From the NCBI RefSeq assembly GCF_964355755.1, contig NC_092679.1, forward strand, positions 5,672,201-5,736,200: 64,000 nucleotides of DNA, written 5' to 3'. Positions 26,417-39,700 of the stretch are shown piece after piece (position 1 is the first letter of the stretch; each line of letters opens with the position of its first letter). The translations under genes and the position numbers were made by a program. A model generated the notes under the pieces. That model ran no database searches. It was not told the origin of the DNA and saw only the letters and a program-made list of their open reading frames with translations. The stretch comes from Antedon mediterranea. Its lineage: Eukaryota; Animalia; Echinodermata.

Positions 26417-27392
26417 CGGCACAATAGTTATTTCTTCCTGGACTCCAATACCAATAAAAAATACATGAATTAAATATATCAGCACAATTTAGACTACCTT
26501 TAATTTTAAAAACAAGGTATTAAGAACAAGATTTGAGAGTTATTTTGTTAGCCTAATTGTTTTAATGAATAATCTATAGGCTAACACCGACGTATGCAAA
26601 ATGTGTACTTGTCGGGAGTGTGACAAATGTTTGATGCGCTACTGCTTTATTGCGGCGAAGTTTCAATCATGATTCTGTAAGAAAAATAAATGGAAGAAAA
26701 TTTTCGGATAATCGGCTTCAAAGTTAATTCAAATAATAATACGAGCATAAACTTATCGGGAGTCACCAACTTCCTGTTGTTAGGCTAGGATTAATAATCG
26801 ATTGGGATTCATTTCCTTTTGGTCGGTGGGAACAACCATTACTCCGTAGAACAATTACAGCCCGACAGTCTTCATAGGACGACTGCAGCGTACACCTAAC
26901 AGGTAAGATTACAACTTTGTTTTTGTTGAAATATTAATTTTCAAACAAATGACTGCAAAGTATATTATTTAACGAATCAAGCAACGTATTGGAGGTGGGA
27001 GACACCAGGGAGATGTAATATAAATATCTCTGGAGACACTGGCAATTTGCAACACAAAATAAAATTGGAAAAAAAGCAACAACAAAAAACAAACTTTAAT
27101 TAAGGTTCTAACAGAAAAGTCAATTGCTGCTTTATTTCAGATGCTTCATTAAACTAAATAAAATTGGAAAGTATTTTAAGTTATTTAGCGCTCCACAATA
27201 AAAAAAAAAGGGGGAGGGGTGTCTGTACTACACCATCCTAATAACAACGAATAGCCTAATCATGACCTCTACTACACTTAAACATTGCATAAATTCATCC
27301 ACAATGAATAAAATTATCTAATGGTTTTAAACTTTGCTTCGAGTCGGAAACAAATATAAGTGAACTTAATTTCTTTAATTTTCTTGCAGACT

Positions 27393-29913
27393 ATGGCTGT
27401 TCTTAGGTTTTTTTGTTTCGCGCTCATTCTGAGTCTTTGTTTCGGCAGAGCTATGACGAATGAAACGGAGAATATAATTAAAAATATTCGAGCATTGATT
27501 TATAAGGCACTCTACGATAATGTTCTTGAGAAGACCGGAGGACCAAATGAGCTGAATACCCTTGTACTCCTAGATCCCAGTATTCCTTTGAACAAGGAAG
27601 ACATTGGACACACACCAGATCCATCAACGCCACCAGATTTGTCAGAGTTCAATAATCTACTTCCTACTAAACTGTTAATTAACAACCTGAACTACAAAAA
27701 TGCACCTATAATCCAAAAGAATGGCGTTGCACAAGTCTACAAAAAAATATTAGACAAAATGATCGTTGAAAAACCAAAGTTAAATAACATTGAACAGAAC
27801 AGATACAACGAAGCGGAGATTTTGACTAACGAACGCGTTTCTGGTTCGGTGATTGGACGTACAAGTAATGAAGACGTAACTAAATTGGAAGTTTATCGCC
27901 ATTTTCGGTCAATTTACTTCAATGCCAAAGAAACCAAGGAAAAGGAGATTTATGAAAAGAAAAATACACTGAGTTCAATGGAATATCGAAATTGGTACAT
28001 GTACAATTATAGAAAATTAAAAGATAACGAAAAATCTGCTCTACAAGATTGGGTGATTAAAGGCTACAAGAAGATCATCAGTGAAGCGCTGGAGATCATT
28101 GATGACGTTGATGAAATTTCTATACTAGAGATAGACGATGCAAAGAATGAATACGAGGCCGCTATTTACGAAAACGAAAACGAATTGAGCTTTAAGAACA
28201 TAATCAAAGATAAGATTAAATATGATGTTGAATATTCCCCAACAAATTGGAACGACCATCTATATGATCAAATGTAAGTTTTGTTTTTTAAGATAAGTAT
28301 ATTTTCTATCATGCCTGATATTTTATTTCATTGATTTTGCAACCGATTATAGGTACTCTTATCACTGGTAGGCCTGCATTACTAGCAAATCCCACAAACA
28401 ATTATTTTCTTAATCATTTTTAATATTATGATTTGTTTACAGACATGCTCCGACACCAACTTCTTCTCAATATCTAAACATGATTGTTGATCTGAAAGAG
28501 TATTCAATCGTACTACAGGCTATCGCCAACGCTCACGCATCAGACGCAGTCGAAGCGCAAGACAATATCAATACAGACGAAGCGACTGTGAAAGCTCAAG
28601 AAGATGCACTAGTAATACAGGTTGCTGAGTTGATAAAGCAGCTTGACGATTGCAATGAATTAAATATGAATTGCTTAAGCGTCGATGCACTCGCTGAAAA
28701 ACAGAAGAACGATACACTTAAGTGGGAAGAAAATCAGACACAACTCGATGAATACAAACTAATTCTAAAGAACGCCAACAGTATCAAAACGGCGGTTGAT
28801 AATCTTATCATAAAGATTGGAGATAAAATAATCAAGTATGAAGAGGATTACGAAAATGAAAAGATTATTGAGTTAGAAACGGACAATGATTTGTTAAATA
28901 ATCATGACTTCCCTGAGGAGGAATGGGAAACCTTCTATTTTAATTCCCAAATTGAGCTGAGAAATATTAACAACGAAATTGGAAGAATTGCGGAATTCAA
29001 ACCAGCAAAAATTAACAAAGAATTTAAGGAGATTATTGAAAAACGTGGCTCTAAGACTCTAAAATTAGAAATCAGAATGCATTACAGAGGTGTTGGTATC
29101 TATAGGCCTTGGTTTAACGAAGAAATATTTAAGAACGATAACATCAAACTTGTAAGTTGCCGTTAATATATTTCTCTTGAATTTTTTTTATTTTTTATCA
29201 ACATGTTGAAGGAAAGAATGGAACGTATATCTCAACACCTTTAAAGCCATTTTAGTCTTACCTACTTATCGTTATTTTTGCTATTGAATTGTAAATTCTG
29301 AAGTCTATTTTAATATCAGGCAGGGGAATTTCACTATTCTTGACAAAAAAAGTGATCTTTTAAAGGGAAACTTTGTGTGGGTCCTGAATGTCCCTTAATA
29401 TTTGTTTACTATAGTTTTACGGGTTTTTTCATGTAACTTAAAAAATTATATTTATGTTTTTATTATCTGATTTAGAATGACAAAACATTGGTATCACCTG
29501 GCTACAAAGACGACCTGATTAATGAATTAAAAAAGAAAACAAACAACAACAACGACAAAGAAGATCTGTACAAATTCCCTCTTTATCCGACGGGCCTCCT
29601 CATTGCCAAAGACATCAAGATGAAAATCCGTGGTTTAAATGAGAAAGTGGGCAAGGAGTTGATCGAGAATTCCTACAACGCCGATCAAATCGGCATCGAT
29701 CCTCCAGAAATTATTGCTGATGATAACAATGACAACGATAACAATGCAATCCACCACTATGGAGAAATATTCGGGTTTACGTACAATAACCGTGATACCA
29801 ATGCAGTTCGCTATAGAGTGAGACAGGACTACAATGACGTCGACATAGAATTACTCGAGCCACATATTATAGGTCAGTACTGTGACATCATGAAGAAATT
29901 CCCTAAAAAATGA
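27393..29913 (+). CDS. Uncharacterised secreted protein, copy A (~675 aa, 3 coding exons)
   Basis: Exons 27393-28273, 28443-29151, 29476-29913 join in frame with GT-AG; signal peptide MAVLRFFCFALILSLCFG; 5'UTR donor cag|gtaaga at ~26902; AATAAA ~30066. Confidence 0.9.
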
Positions 29914-30125
29914 GGACCTTTTAGTTTTTGTATGTAGTAAATACTTGTAGTACATGTAGATTTTAATCCTTAAAGGGCGTACACGTGTAAATCCAAACTT
30001 ACCACTAGACATACCTGTATAGAGAAGAAGACTTCTGATACAATTTTGTTACACATTGGAATACAAATAAATTCTTGAATTGAATCTAGTATTGTATTAA
30101 CAAATTAAGTATGAAATTTTTAAAA

Positions 30126-30270
30126 GTAATAGTTGACGCGAATTAGTAATAGTTGACGCGAATTAGTAGTTGACGCTAATGTAGTAGTTCACGCTAATTA
30201 GTAGTATTTGACGCTAATTAGTAGTAGTTGACGTTAATTAGTAGTAGTTTAAGCGAGTAAGTAGTAGTTT
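30126..30270. repeat. ~20-bp tandem repeat (gtaatagttgacgcgaatta)n; counterpart 35648-35760
   Basis: Tandem units downstream of each duplicated gene. Confidence 0.85.
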
Positions 30271-30506
30271 TATACTTTAATATTGTGACTCTGAATATAG
30301 TAGGCCTACAAATGTAAAACAGTTTTTAAAGAGTTCCAAATCAACATGTTGAAACATTTAATAAATTGTTTTTCCAAAAATCTTTGTTTACACTAGTGTT
30401 CCTCTTGTTTAAAACCTTACCATTATTTTGTACATTGAAGGAACTGAGTGTATAAAGCAAAATGAAGTGTGCTTAGCATCGTCGAATGAAAGTTGGAGGC
30501 CTAGCT

Positions 30507-30750
30507 TTTTTTTTTATAAACCATATTTAATGAGAGTGATCCATCCAGCTATTGCTGATCATCAGGGACCCTCAGAGGTTCACAAGACAAACATATACAA
30601 GATGCTTTACATAAACAAAGTCTTAATACAAATCTTTGGGAGTGGAGTTGTAATTTGGTCCTTTGAAAAAATACTGACATGTGACGGGACTTGAACCCAG
30701 GACCCTTGGAGTGGTAGCCAAGCATCATAACCACCAAGCCACAACTCCAA
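30507..30750 (-). mobile_element. tRNA-derived SINE present only in duplication unit B
   Basis: Minus strand A box TGGCTTGGTGG, B box GGTTCAAGTCC, poly-A tail (T-run at ~30506-30515); absent at the equivalent site ~25440 in unit A. Confidence 0.75.
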
Positions 30751-32922
30751 TTAGATAGTTATTAATTAAATCTATCCTTGTCTGAGTTCTGGTTGAGGTA
30801 TACTGTAAAATAATTTACTGATTTGCAGGAGGCAGTTCATAAACAGTATTTTACTCACATTGTTTGGCCTCCAATAGTAGGCCTACATGCTCTCCTCGAT
30901 AAGTCTACAGTTATCGTCTGACTTCCGCGAAAACAATCCAATGATCTGATTGGTCAAAAGTCGGCCTACTTTGACGCATTTGGAAGATAAAACAATACAA
31001 CGCCGACAATTATTTTAGTGTGAACGTTTGTGAGCATGCTTTGAAGTCTGTCCTTTAAATAACCTATCGGTTTAAATGTAACCAAATTTATAGTTTTAAT
31101 TCATTTTTATGATATTTCTTAGCCATTTATTATATTTGCTGTAGCTATAACTGACCTCGTCTATATTTCCGGTTTACTATAGGAAAGACACTCGCAAGGT
31201 ATACAATTAATTTCACCTTTTTATAAGTTGATGCTACGCAGAAATGATAATCTCAGATGTTTTTCAATGACCAGTAAAGCCTCCGTTTCCTGATTGACTG
31301 GGATAGGGAGACGGACGTGTGATATCTTCAAGGCCTGAAATACCTGTTTGTTGTACATTTTGGCCCGCAGGCTTATCTTGAGCCGTGAAGTGTGCACATT
31401 TGTGCAAACAACTACATTTGTGTAAACATGTTGCTCTGAAATGTGCAAACAACCACATTTGTGCAAACATGGCACCCTCAAATGTGCAAGTTTGTAAACA
31501 TGTATTTAATCCACTAATGTGCAAACATCACGCCGTTAAATGTGAAAAAGATCAGTTTTAACGTTAAATGTGCAAACAAAATACTACAAAATGTGCAAAT
31601 TATTTTCTTTAACAAAATTAATGAATTAACAGGAAAATAATATAGATGAAGTAGGTAGGCCTTGTGGATGAGTATGGTGTAATCCAGGCGAACGAATGTA
31701 ATGCGTGACGTTTGCACATTAGTGAATTATACAGATTTTCACATTTGATGGTGTCATGTTTGCTCATTCAGGGCAACAGTGTAATATTTTTAATAAAATA
31801 ATATAAAATCTGTTTTGTGAATTTCCTTTAAAACAAGAGGACAATGATAAGGAACTATTTCAACGGTATGGAAGTCATCATCATCTCCAGCAAACAGCGA
31901 CCATGTGTCAGTCCTGCATTCCCGGGACATGATAGTGTTTTTTCTTTTTTCAAAACGATTATGTCAACCTCTATTAATAATTAAATATGTAAGTGGCTAT
32001 ATCTTTAAATCATTGACAGATTGAGCCTGTTCTTTCGTTAGTCTTATTGTTTAAATGAATGTTATAATCTAGGCCTATAAGCAAAATGTGTACTTGTCGG
32101 GAGTGCGAAAAATGTTTGATGCGCTACTGCTTTATTGCGGCGAAATTTCAATCATGATTCTGTAAGGAAAATGAATGGGAAAACTACTTCCCTGGAAGAA
32201 AATGTTTGGATAATCGGCTTCAAAGTTAATTCAAACAATAATACGAACATGAGAATAAAAAGGAGTCACCAACTTCCTGTTGTTAGGCTAAGATTAATAA
32301 TCGATTGGGAATTATTTCCTTTTGGTCGGGAGGGAACAACCATTACTCCGTGGAACAATTACAGCCCGACAGTCTTCATAGAACGACTGGCCAGCTAACA
32401 GCTAACAGGTAAGATTACAACTTTGTTTTTGTTAAAATATTAATTTTCAAACAAATGACTGCAAAGTATTTTATTTAACGAATCAAGCAACGTATTAGAG
32501 GTTGATATCGAAGAGTAAACATTCGAATTTCATGTCGACCCGTTTTGAATGTTTGTGGAGGGAGACACCGGCATTTTGCAACACAAAATAAAATTGGAAA
32601 AAAGCAACAATAAAAAAAAACAAATTTAAACAGAGTTCTAACAAAAAAGTCAATTGCTGCTTTATTTCAGCTGCTTGATTAACTAAACAAAATTGGAAAG
32701 TATTATCAAGTTATTTAACGCCCCACAATAAAAAAAAAAGTGGGGCGGTGGATGTCTGTACAACACCATCCTAATAACAACCATTAATCATGGTCTCTAC
32801 TACACTTAAACATTGCATAAATAATGCACCCAAAATGAATAAAATTATCTAATGGTTTTAAAGTTTCCTTCGAGTTGAAAAAATATAAATGAACTTACTT
32901 TTCTTTAATTTTCGTGCAGACT

Positions 32923-35438
32923 ATGGCTGTCCTTAGGTTTTTTTGTTTCGCGCTTATTCTGAGTCTTTGTTTCGGCAGAACTATGGCGAATGAAACGGAG
33001 AATATAATTAAAAATATTCGAGCATTGATTTATAAGGCACTCTACGATAATGTTCTTGAGAAGACCGGAGGACCAAATGAGTTGAATACCCTTGTACTCC
33101 TAGATCCAAGTGTTCCTTTGAACAAGGAAGACATTGGACACACACCAGATCCATCAACGCCACCAGATTTGTCAGAGTTCAATAATCTACTTCCTACAAA
33201 ACTTTTAATTAATCATCTGAACTACAAAAATGGACATATAATCCAAAAGAATGGCGTTGCACAAGTTTACAAAAATATACTCGACAAAATGATCGTTGAA
33301 AAACCAAAGTTAAATAACATTGAACAGAATAGTTACAACGAAGCGGAGACTTTGACTAACGAACGCGTTTCTGGTTCGGTGATTGGACGTACAAGTAATG
33401 AAGACGTAACAAAATTGGAAGTTTATCGCCATTTTCGATCAATTTACTTCAATGCCAAAGAAACCAAGGAGAAAGAGATATATGAAAAGAAAAATACACT
33501 GAATTCAATGGAATATCGAAATTGGTACAAGTACAATTATAGAAAATTAAAAGATAACGAAAAATCTGCTCTACAAGATTGGGTAATTAAAGGCTACAAG
33601 AAGATCATAAGTGAAGCGCTGGAGATCATTGATGACGTTGATGAAATTTCTATACTAGAGATAGACGATGCAAAGAATGAATACGAGGCCGCTATTTACA
33701 AAAACGAAAACGCATTGAGCTTAAAGAACATAATCAAAGATGAGATTAAATATGATGTTGAATATTCCCCAACAAATTGGAACGACCATCTTTATGATCA
33801 AATGTAAGTTTTGTTTTTAAGACAAGTATATTCTCTATCATGCCTGATATTTTATTCCATTGATTTTGCAACCGATTCTCGGTACTCTAATCACTGGTAG
33901 GCCTACATTAACTAGCAAATCCCACAAACAATTATTTTTAATGTTATGATTTGTTTACAGACATGCTCCGACACCAACTTCTTCTCAATATCTAAACATG
34001 ATTGTTGATCTGAAAGAATATTCAATCGTACTACAGGCTATCGCCAACGCTCACGCATCAGACGCAATCGAAGCGCAAGACAATATAAATACAGACGAAG
34101 CGACTGTGAAGGCTCAAGAAGATGCACTAGTAATACAGGTTGCTGAGTTGATAAAGCAGCTTGACGATTGCAATGAATTAAATATGAATTGCTTAAGCGT
34201 CGATGCACTCGCTGAAAAACAGAAGAACGATACAATCAAGTGGGAAGAAAATCAGACACAACTCGATGAATACAAACTAATTCTAAAGAACGCCATCAGT
34301 ATCAAAACGGCGGTTGATAATCTTATCATAAAGATTGGAGATAAAATAACCAAGTATGAAGAGGATTACGAAAATGAAAAGATAATTGAGTTAGAAACGG
34401 ACAATGATTTGTTAAATAATCATGACTTCCCTGAGGAGGAATGGGAAACCTTCTACTTCAATTCCCAAATTGAGCTGAGAAATATTAACAACGAAATTGG
34501 AAGAGTTGCGGAATTCAAACCAGCAGTATTCAATATCGATAGTCCTCATAACGTACTTGATGTGATTGTTCGGAGAAATGAGAATCTAGAATATGAAATC
34601 AGAATGCATTACAGAGGTGTTGGTATCTATAGGCCTTGGTTTAACGAAGAAATATTTAAGAACGATAACATCAAATTTGTAAGTTGCCGTTAATATATTT
34701 CTCTTGAATTTTTCAAGTTTTTTTTTATCAGCATGTTAAGAAAAGAATGGAACGTAGGCCTATATCTCAACACTTAAAGCCATTTTAGTCTGAACTACTT
34801 ATCGTTATTTTAGCTATTGTATCTTGTAAATTCTGAAGTCTATTTTAATATCAGGCAGGAGAATTTCTTGACAAAAAAAATTGATCTTTTAAAGGGAAAC
34901 TTTGTGTGGGTCCTGAGAATGTCCCTTAATATTTGTTTACTGTGGTTTTACGGGTTTTTTCATGTAACTTAAAAAATTATATTTATGTTTTTATTTTCTG
35001 ATTTAGAATGACAACACATTGGTATCACCTGGCTACAAAGACGACCTGATTAACGAATTAAAAAAGAAAACAAACAACAACAAAGAAGATCTGTACAAAT
35101 TCCCTCTTTATCCGACGGGCCTCCTCATTGCCAAAGATATCAAGATAAAAATCCGTAATTTGGATGAGAAAGCGGGCAAGGAGTTGATCAAGAATTCCTA
35201 CAACGCTGATCAAATCGGCATCGATCCTCCAGAAATTGTTGCTGATGATAACAATGACAACGATAACAATGCAATCCACCACTATGGAAAAATATTCGGG
35301 TTTACGTACAATAACCGTGATACCAATGCAGTTCGCTATAGAGTGAGACAGGACTACAATGACGTCGACATAGAATTACTCGAGCCACATATTATTGGTC
35401 AGTACTGTGACATCATGAAGAAATTCCCTAAAAAATGA
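32923..35438 (+). CDS. Uncharacterised secreted protein, copy B (~676 aa, 3 coding exons)
   Basis: Exons 32923-33803, 33961-34678, 35007-35438 join in frame; same intron positions and phases as copy A; intact ORF. Confidence 0.9.
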
Positions 35439-36761
35439 GGACCTTTTAGTTTTTCTATGTAGTAAATACTTGTAGTACAGTAGATTTTAATCCTTAAAAT
35501 ACACGTGTAAACTTTTAATCCAAACTTACCACTGGATATACCTGAATAGAGAAGAAGACAGATTTCTGATATAATTTTGTTACACATTGGAATACAAATA
35601 ATTCATGAATTGAATCTAGTATTGTATTGAGTATGAAATTGTTAAAAGTAATAGTTGACGCGAATTAGTAATAGTTGACGCGAATTAGTAGTAGTAGTTG
35701 ACGCGAATTAGTAGTAGTTGACGCTAATTAGTAGTAGTTTAAGCGAATAAGTAGTAGTTTTATACTTTGATATTGTGACTCTAAATATAGTACAAATGTA
35801 AAACAGTTTTTAAAGAGTTCCAAATCAACATGTTGAAACATTTAATAAATCGTTTTTTTCAATAATCTTTGTTTACACTCTTGTTTAAGACTTCACCATT
35901 ATTTTGTACATTGAAGGAACTTACTGAGTGTATAAAGCTACTATATAAAAAATATAACAAGTAAAGAATCCATACAAAATGAATATTATAAATAAATATC
36001 TGCTACAAAATACCTACAACTAAGATTATCAAACAGAAAGCACCGATATATGAAGACTGGCAACTAACTACTACTGTTCTCAAATATTAAAAGACCATGT
36101 CAAAATTATTCTACTTTTTGCTTAATTTTTAATTATTCAGCGAGTTTGGGAGTGACCGCATCTTTGAAAGAAATTATATACATAACATCTTTTTTTACAG
36201 TATAGTTGTTTCTGCAGTACAATAATTTTGACATGATGACTAACTCAATTCCATTTTGCATTGAGATGTATCAACATTAATTGATCTTTACAAACAATCA
36301 AAATTCATTTTGGATGGACAACTTAATTTTAAGCTGTCTTGCAGCTGAGAGTTGTACATAATATATTCAAATGTTCAACATTTTTTCCATAAAAATGTTA
36401 ACTGTGTGTCAGTGGAATTATCACTGCTTCATAGTCTAATGGAAGTCAACCTCTAAGGCAGAAAAGCTTGACCTCTGGCTCTGACCTCAAAACCAAAATT
36501 CACCCCTATCAACAGTTTAAAAAACAAATGACCACATGATTTCTAGCCCTACACTAATACATATATATAATTTTCTACCATATAGTTCTACCGTTAAGAT
36601 GTGCATCTCTCTACGGCCAAACCTTCCTACAACCTTGTGCCTATTATATCACAACCATGTAATGCGATGTATAAGTTCATACAACATTCCAGAATGTTTC
36701 TGAAATGGAAGTATTTAACACACAACCTTTGTGAAGAAAGAAGAGTGAATCTTCGGTAACA

Positions 36762-39700
36762 TCACTTCTTGTCGTTGACACTCCGTCGTGGTGACCTCCT
36801 TGGCGACGTTGAAAGAAGAGGATTTGCTGAAGCTATTCGGACTGTCTTTTTCTGAGTGGGTTTGTGAAGAGGCTTCATTTTTGGTGGGGGTCGAAATTTA
36901 GGTAAGCGAACAGATTTTGTTTTTGTATTATGAGTTTCATTCTGAAAGACACAAAATTATGAGAAATAAAACAAAACTATTTTTTACAAATTATAAAACT
37001 ATGTATATTTGAAAATGATAAAGGGTACAGTTACGCAAAATGATACGAGCACTGTTTTGGAAAATAAGGTTAGAGCCAAAGACACGAACAATGAAAGTGA
37101 TATCATACAAATTTTAGAGGGCAGTATCTACCTTGTTATAGAATGTAAATTCCGAACATGATACAAATCTCAAATCCTTCTAAAAACATCTGCTCAATTG
37201 TCATATTACCAAAATTACCAGAAAGGGGTTAGTCAAGGAAGCTATCACAACACAGGTTGGTATGTAAGCATGTGCCTGTGTTTATGATCTATTGTTATGG
37301 CTATAATGTTATGGCAATAAAAAACTTTTAATTAATGTAAATATCAAGATGGAGAATATTCAAAATCAATAGAACCGTACCGTGGTGGTAATCGCTGGAG
37401 CATGAACACTGATCATGTGAACAAGCATCTTTTTCAAACGACCAGTACACTTTCTGTCAACGTCATCTTCAAGCAAAACCCCGTACCTTCGCTTATATTC
37501 ACGTCGAATTAACACAAGATCAATCTAAATGAAATAATAAAATTAAATTCATATTTTTTTTAAGTGAAATTTAAACAATTATGTAAAAAAAAACATAATA
37601 TGAAATAATTTTGCATACATGCATTTTGCCTGTGGCATTATAAGGCAAAATGATTTCATGCTATTGATCCCATAAAAAAAAAAATTAATAAAATGTGAAA
37701 ATGTGTGTAGTTGGGCGCTTTCTTGTAGATGCTTTAATTGTAGAACGTAATTATTTATTAATTTTTTTCTTTCTGTGCTCTGTTCTGGGTTGACCAACTA
37801 GCATAGGTGTTTAGCACCTGTTTGGTCTTTCCTTGCCTTTTATAATTGTTTTGTCTTCTTTGTAATGTATATGACAGAAATTGAATAAATACAATAAATA
37901 AATAATAAAATAAAAGGTGAATAAAGAAAATCTCAATATGCTATTCGGAAGTGCAGAAATCATCTTCTGGGTGTAATAGTCATTCCAATTACCTCTGCTC
38001 TTGTTGTGATAATTCTCAAGACAGTCAAATTATCACCTTTCTTCAAACTGCTGTGTAGAACATCCACAAAATACTGGACACAGTTATCAAAACATTTCAC
38101 TGGAATAAATAAGATCAAGTTAGTTAAGTTGAAGATGCTCTCCAGGAGGAATGCCATCCTGAGATGAGTAGCAGTAATTAGTCTTGTTTATTTTATTTCA
38201 TTTATATGTAATGTTTACTTTCTATGGACCAGAGATTCCGAAAAAAAAAAAGGTTGAATGAAATAACAACAATTATTAGAAATCCTAATACACTGGCGAA
38301 TGGTTTGTCTATCACTGTATATCATCTGTCAATTTACTGAAATATTTACTACTCTGCATCCTAAATTCGAAACACACTTATATGTCCTCGTCTCCCACCT
38401 AACCTAGATAAAAGTTATTTAATTTTATAATAATATAATAATAAAAACAGTTTCTTTAAATTGTATTTGTTGAATGGTGAAGATATTTCATAAGTTAAAA
38501 GATTGACTGAATCTTTCAACTCATAAAGTATATTCTCCATATTTAACTCCTGAACTTTTATTATTTGTATAATCATCTTACCTAATGTTAACATCATAAC
38601 TTTCATATCAGCTGCTAGAACATTCTGTAGTTCACGCTTAAGATTTTGTCCAGATTTCTAAATCAAACATTAAAATAAACATTAATTTCAAGTTCTTCTG
38701 TGGATAATATAAAACAGATATTGACTGCTTAGAGGTTAAATATTTACATAGGCTATGTAATATAAAACAATATTACATAGCCTATGTAAATACGCTAATG
38801 TGATTGGTTGAAACTGCATCACATGATTACCGCTGCGAGGATCGTAAATCGTATATATCCTCGAGAACGATGATATTGACTGTGTAATTTTCGCGTAATT
38901 ATCGTGTCCCCTGTCATTAAACATATAGATTCTCGAGTACGATGATATTGACTGTGTAATTTTCGTGTGCCAACACTAGCGTTGCCGATAAATAAACAAA
39001 AGTCATCTACTCGATCTTGAACTCGGGTGGAATTGTCACTCCATCGCAAGACAACGCTTCAACCGCTGCGCCACGGAAGTTGCTTGAAGAAATTAATCAT
39101 CTAAACTATTTAAACTATGCATACATAGCGCCCTCATTTGTTATAAGTCCACCCTAAATGTGATGAAACACCGTTTGTGATTGGTCAATACTCACGGTAG
39201 TAACCTAGTAACTAGTACGCGCTGAACATCCGGTGATTCGGCTCCTCGAAGATCGAGAAGAAGACGAATTGTTTATTCGGCCTACCTGATTATAATATTA
39301 TTATTTTTAATAGGCTTATTGATGGAAATTCTTCTGTTAATTTAAACGACCTAGGCCTAAGTGAATATTTTATTGCCAAGGAATCATTAATTAGTAATTA
39401 TCTGTATATTATTCTTCGCAAGGTAAGGTGTCTAGGCAGGCTTGTTTAAATACAATACAAATACTAGGATAGGAGGCCTAGCCTAGCTTCACCCAACCCA
39501 GCAGACTTGTTCTTGGCTATATAATATAACAGATATTGCCTTTTATATCGGTTAAATATAAGATTTGACATCCCCTCGGGAATGATATTAAGTTCTCGGG
39601 AAATATATATTCCCTCGAACTTAATATCATTCCCTCAGGGATGTCAAATCTTATATTTAACCTCTAAGCAGTCAATATCTGTATAGTATTGAATCTCAAA

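Larger units (their letters stand above)
25395..35938 (+). repeat. Head-to-tail segmental tandem duplication (unit A ~25395-30458, unit B ~30459-35938)
   Basis: Both units begin aaaat(a/g)aagtgtgcttagcatcgtcga and end gtacattgaaggaac..tgagtgtataaagc; exons, introns and 3' repeats are collinear. Confidence 0.92.

Noticed and set aside
30676-30745. tRNA gene on minus strand
   Set aside because: Continues into a body and poly-A tail and is absent from the paralogous site, so it is a SINE.
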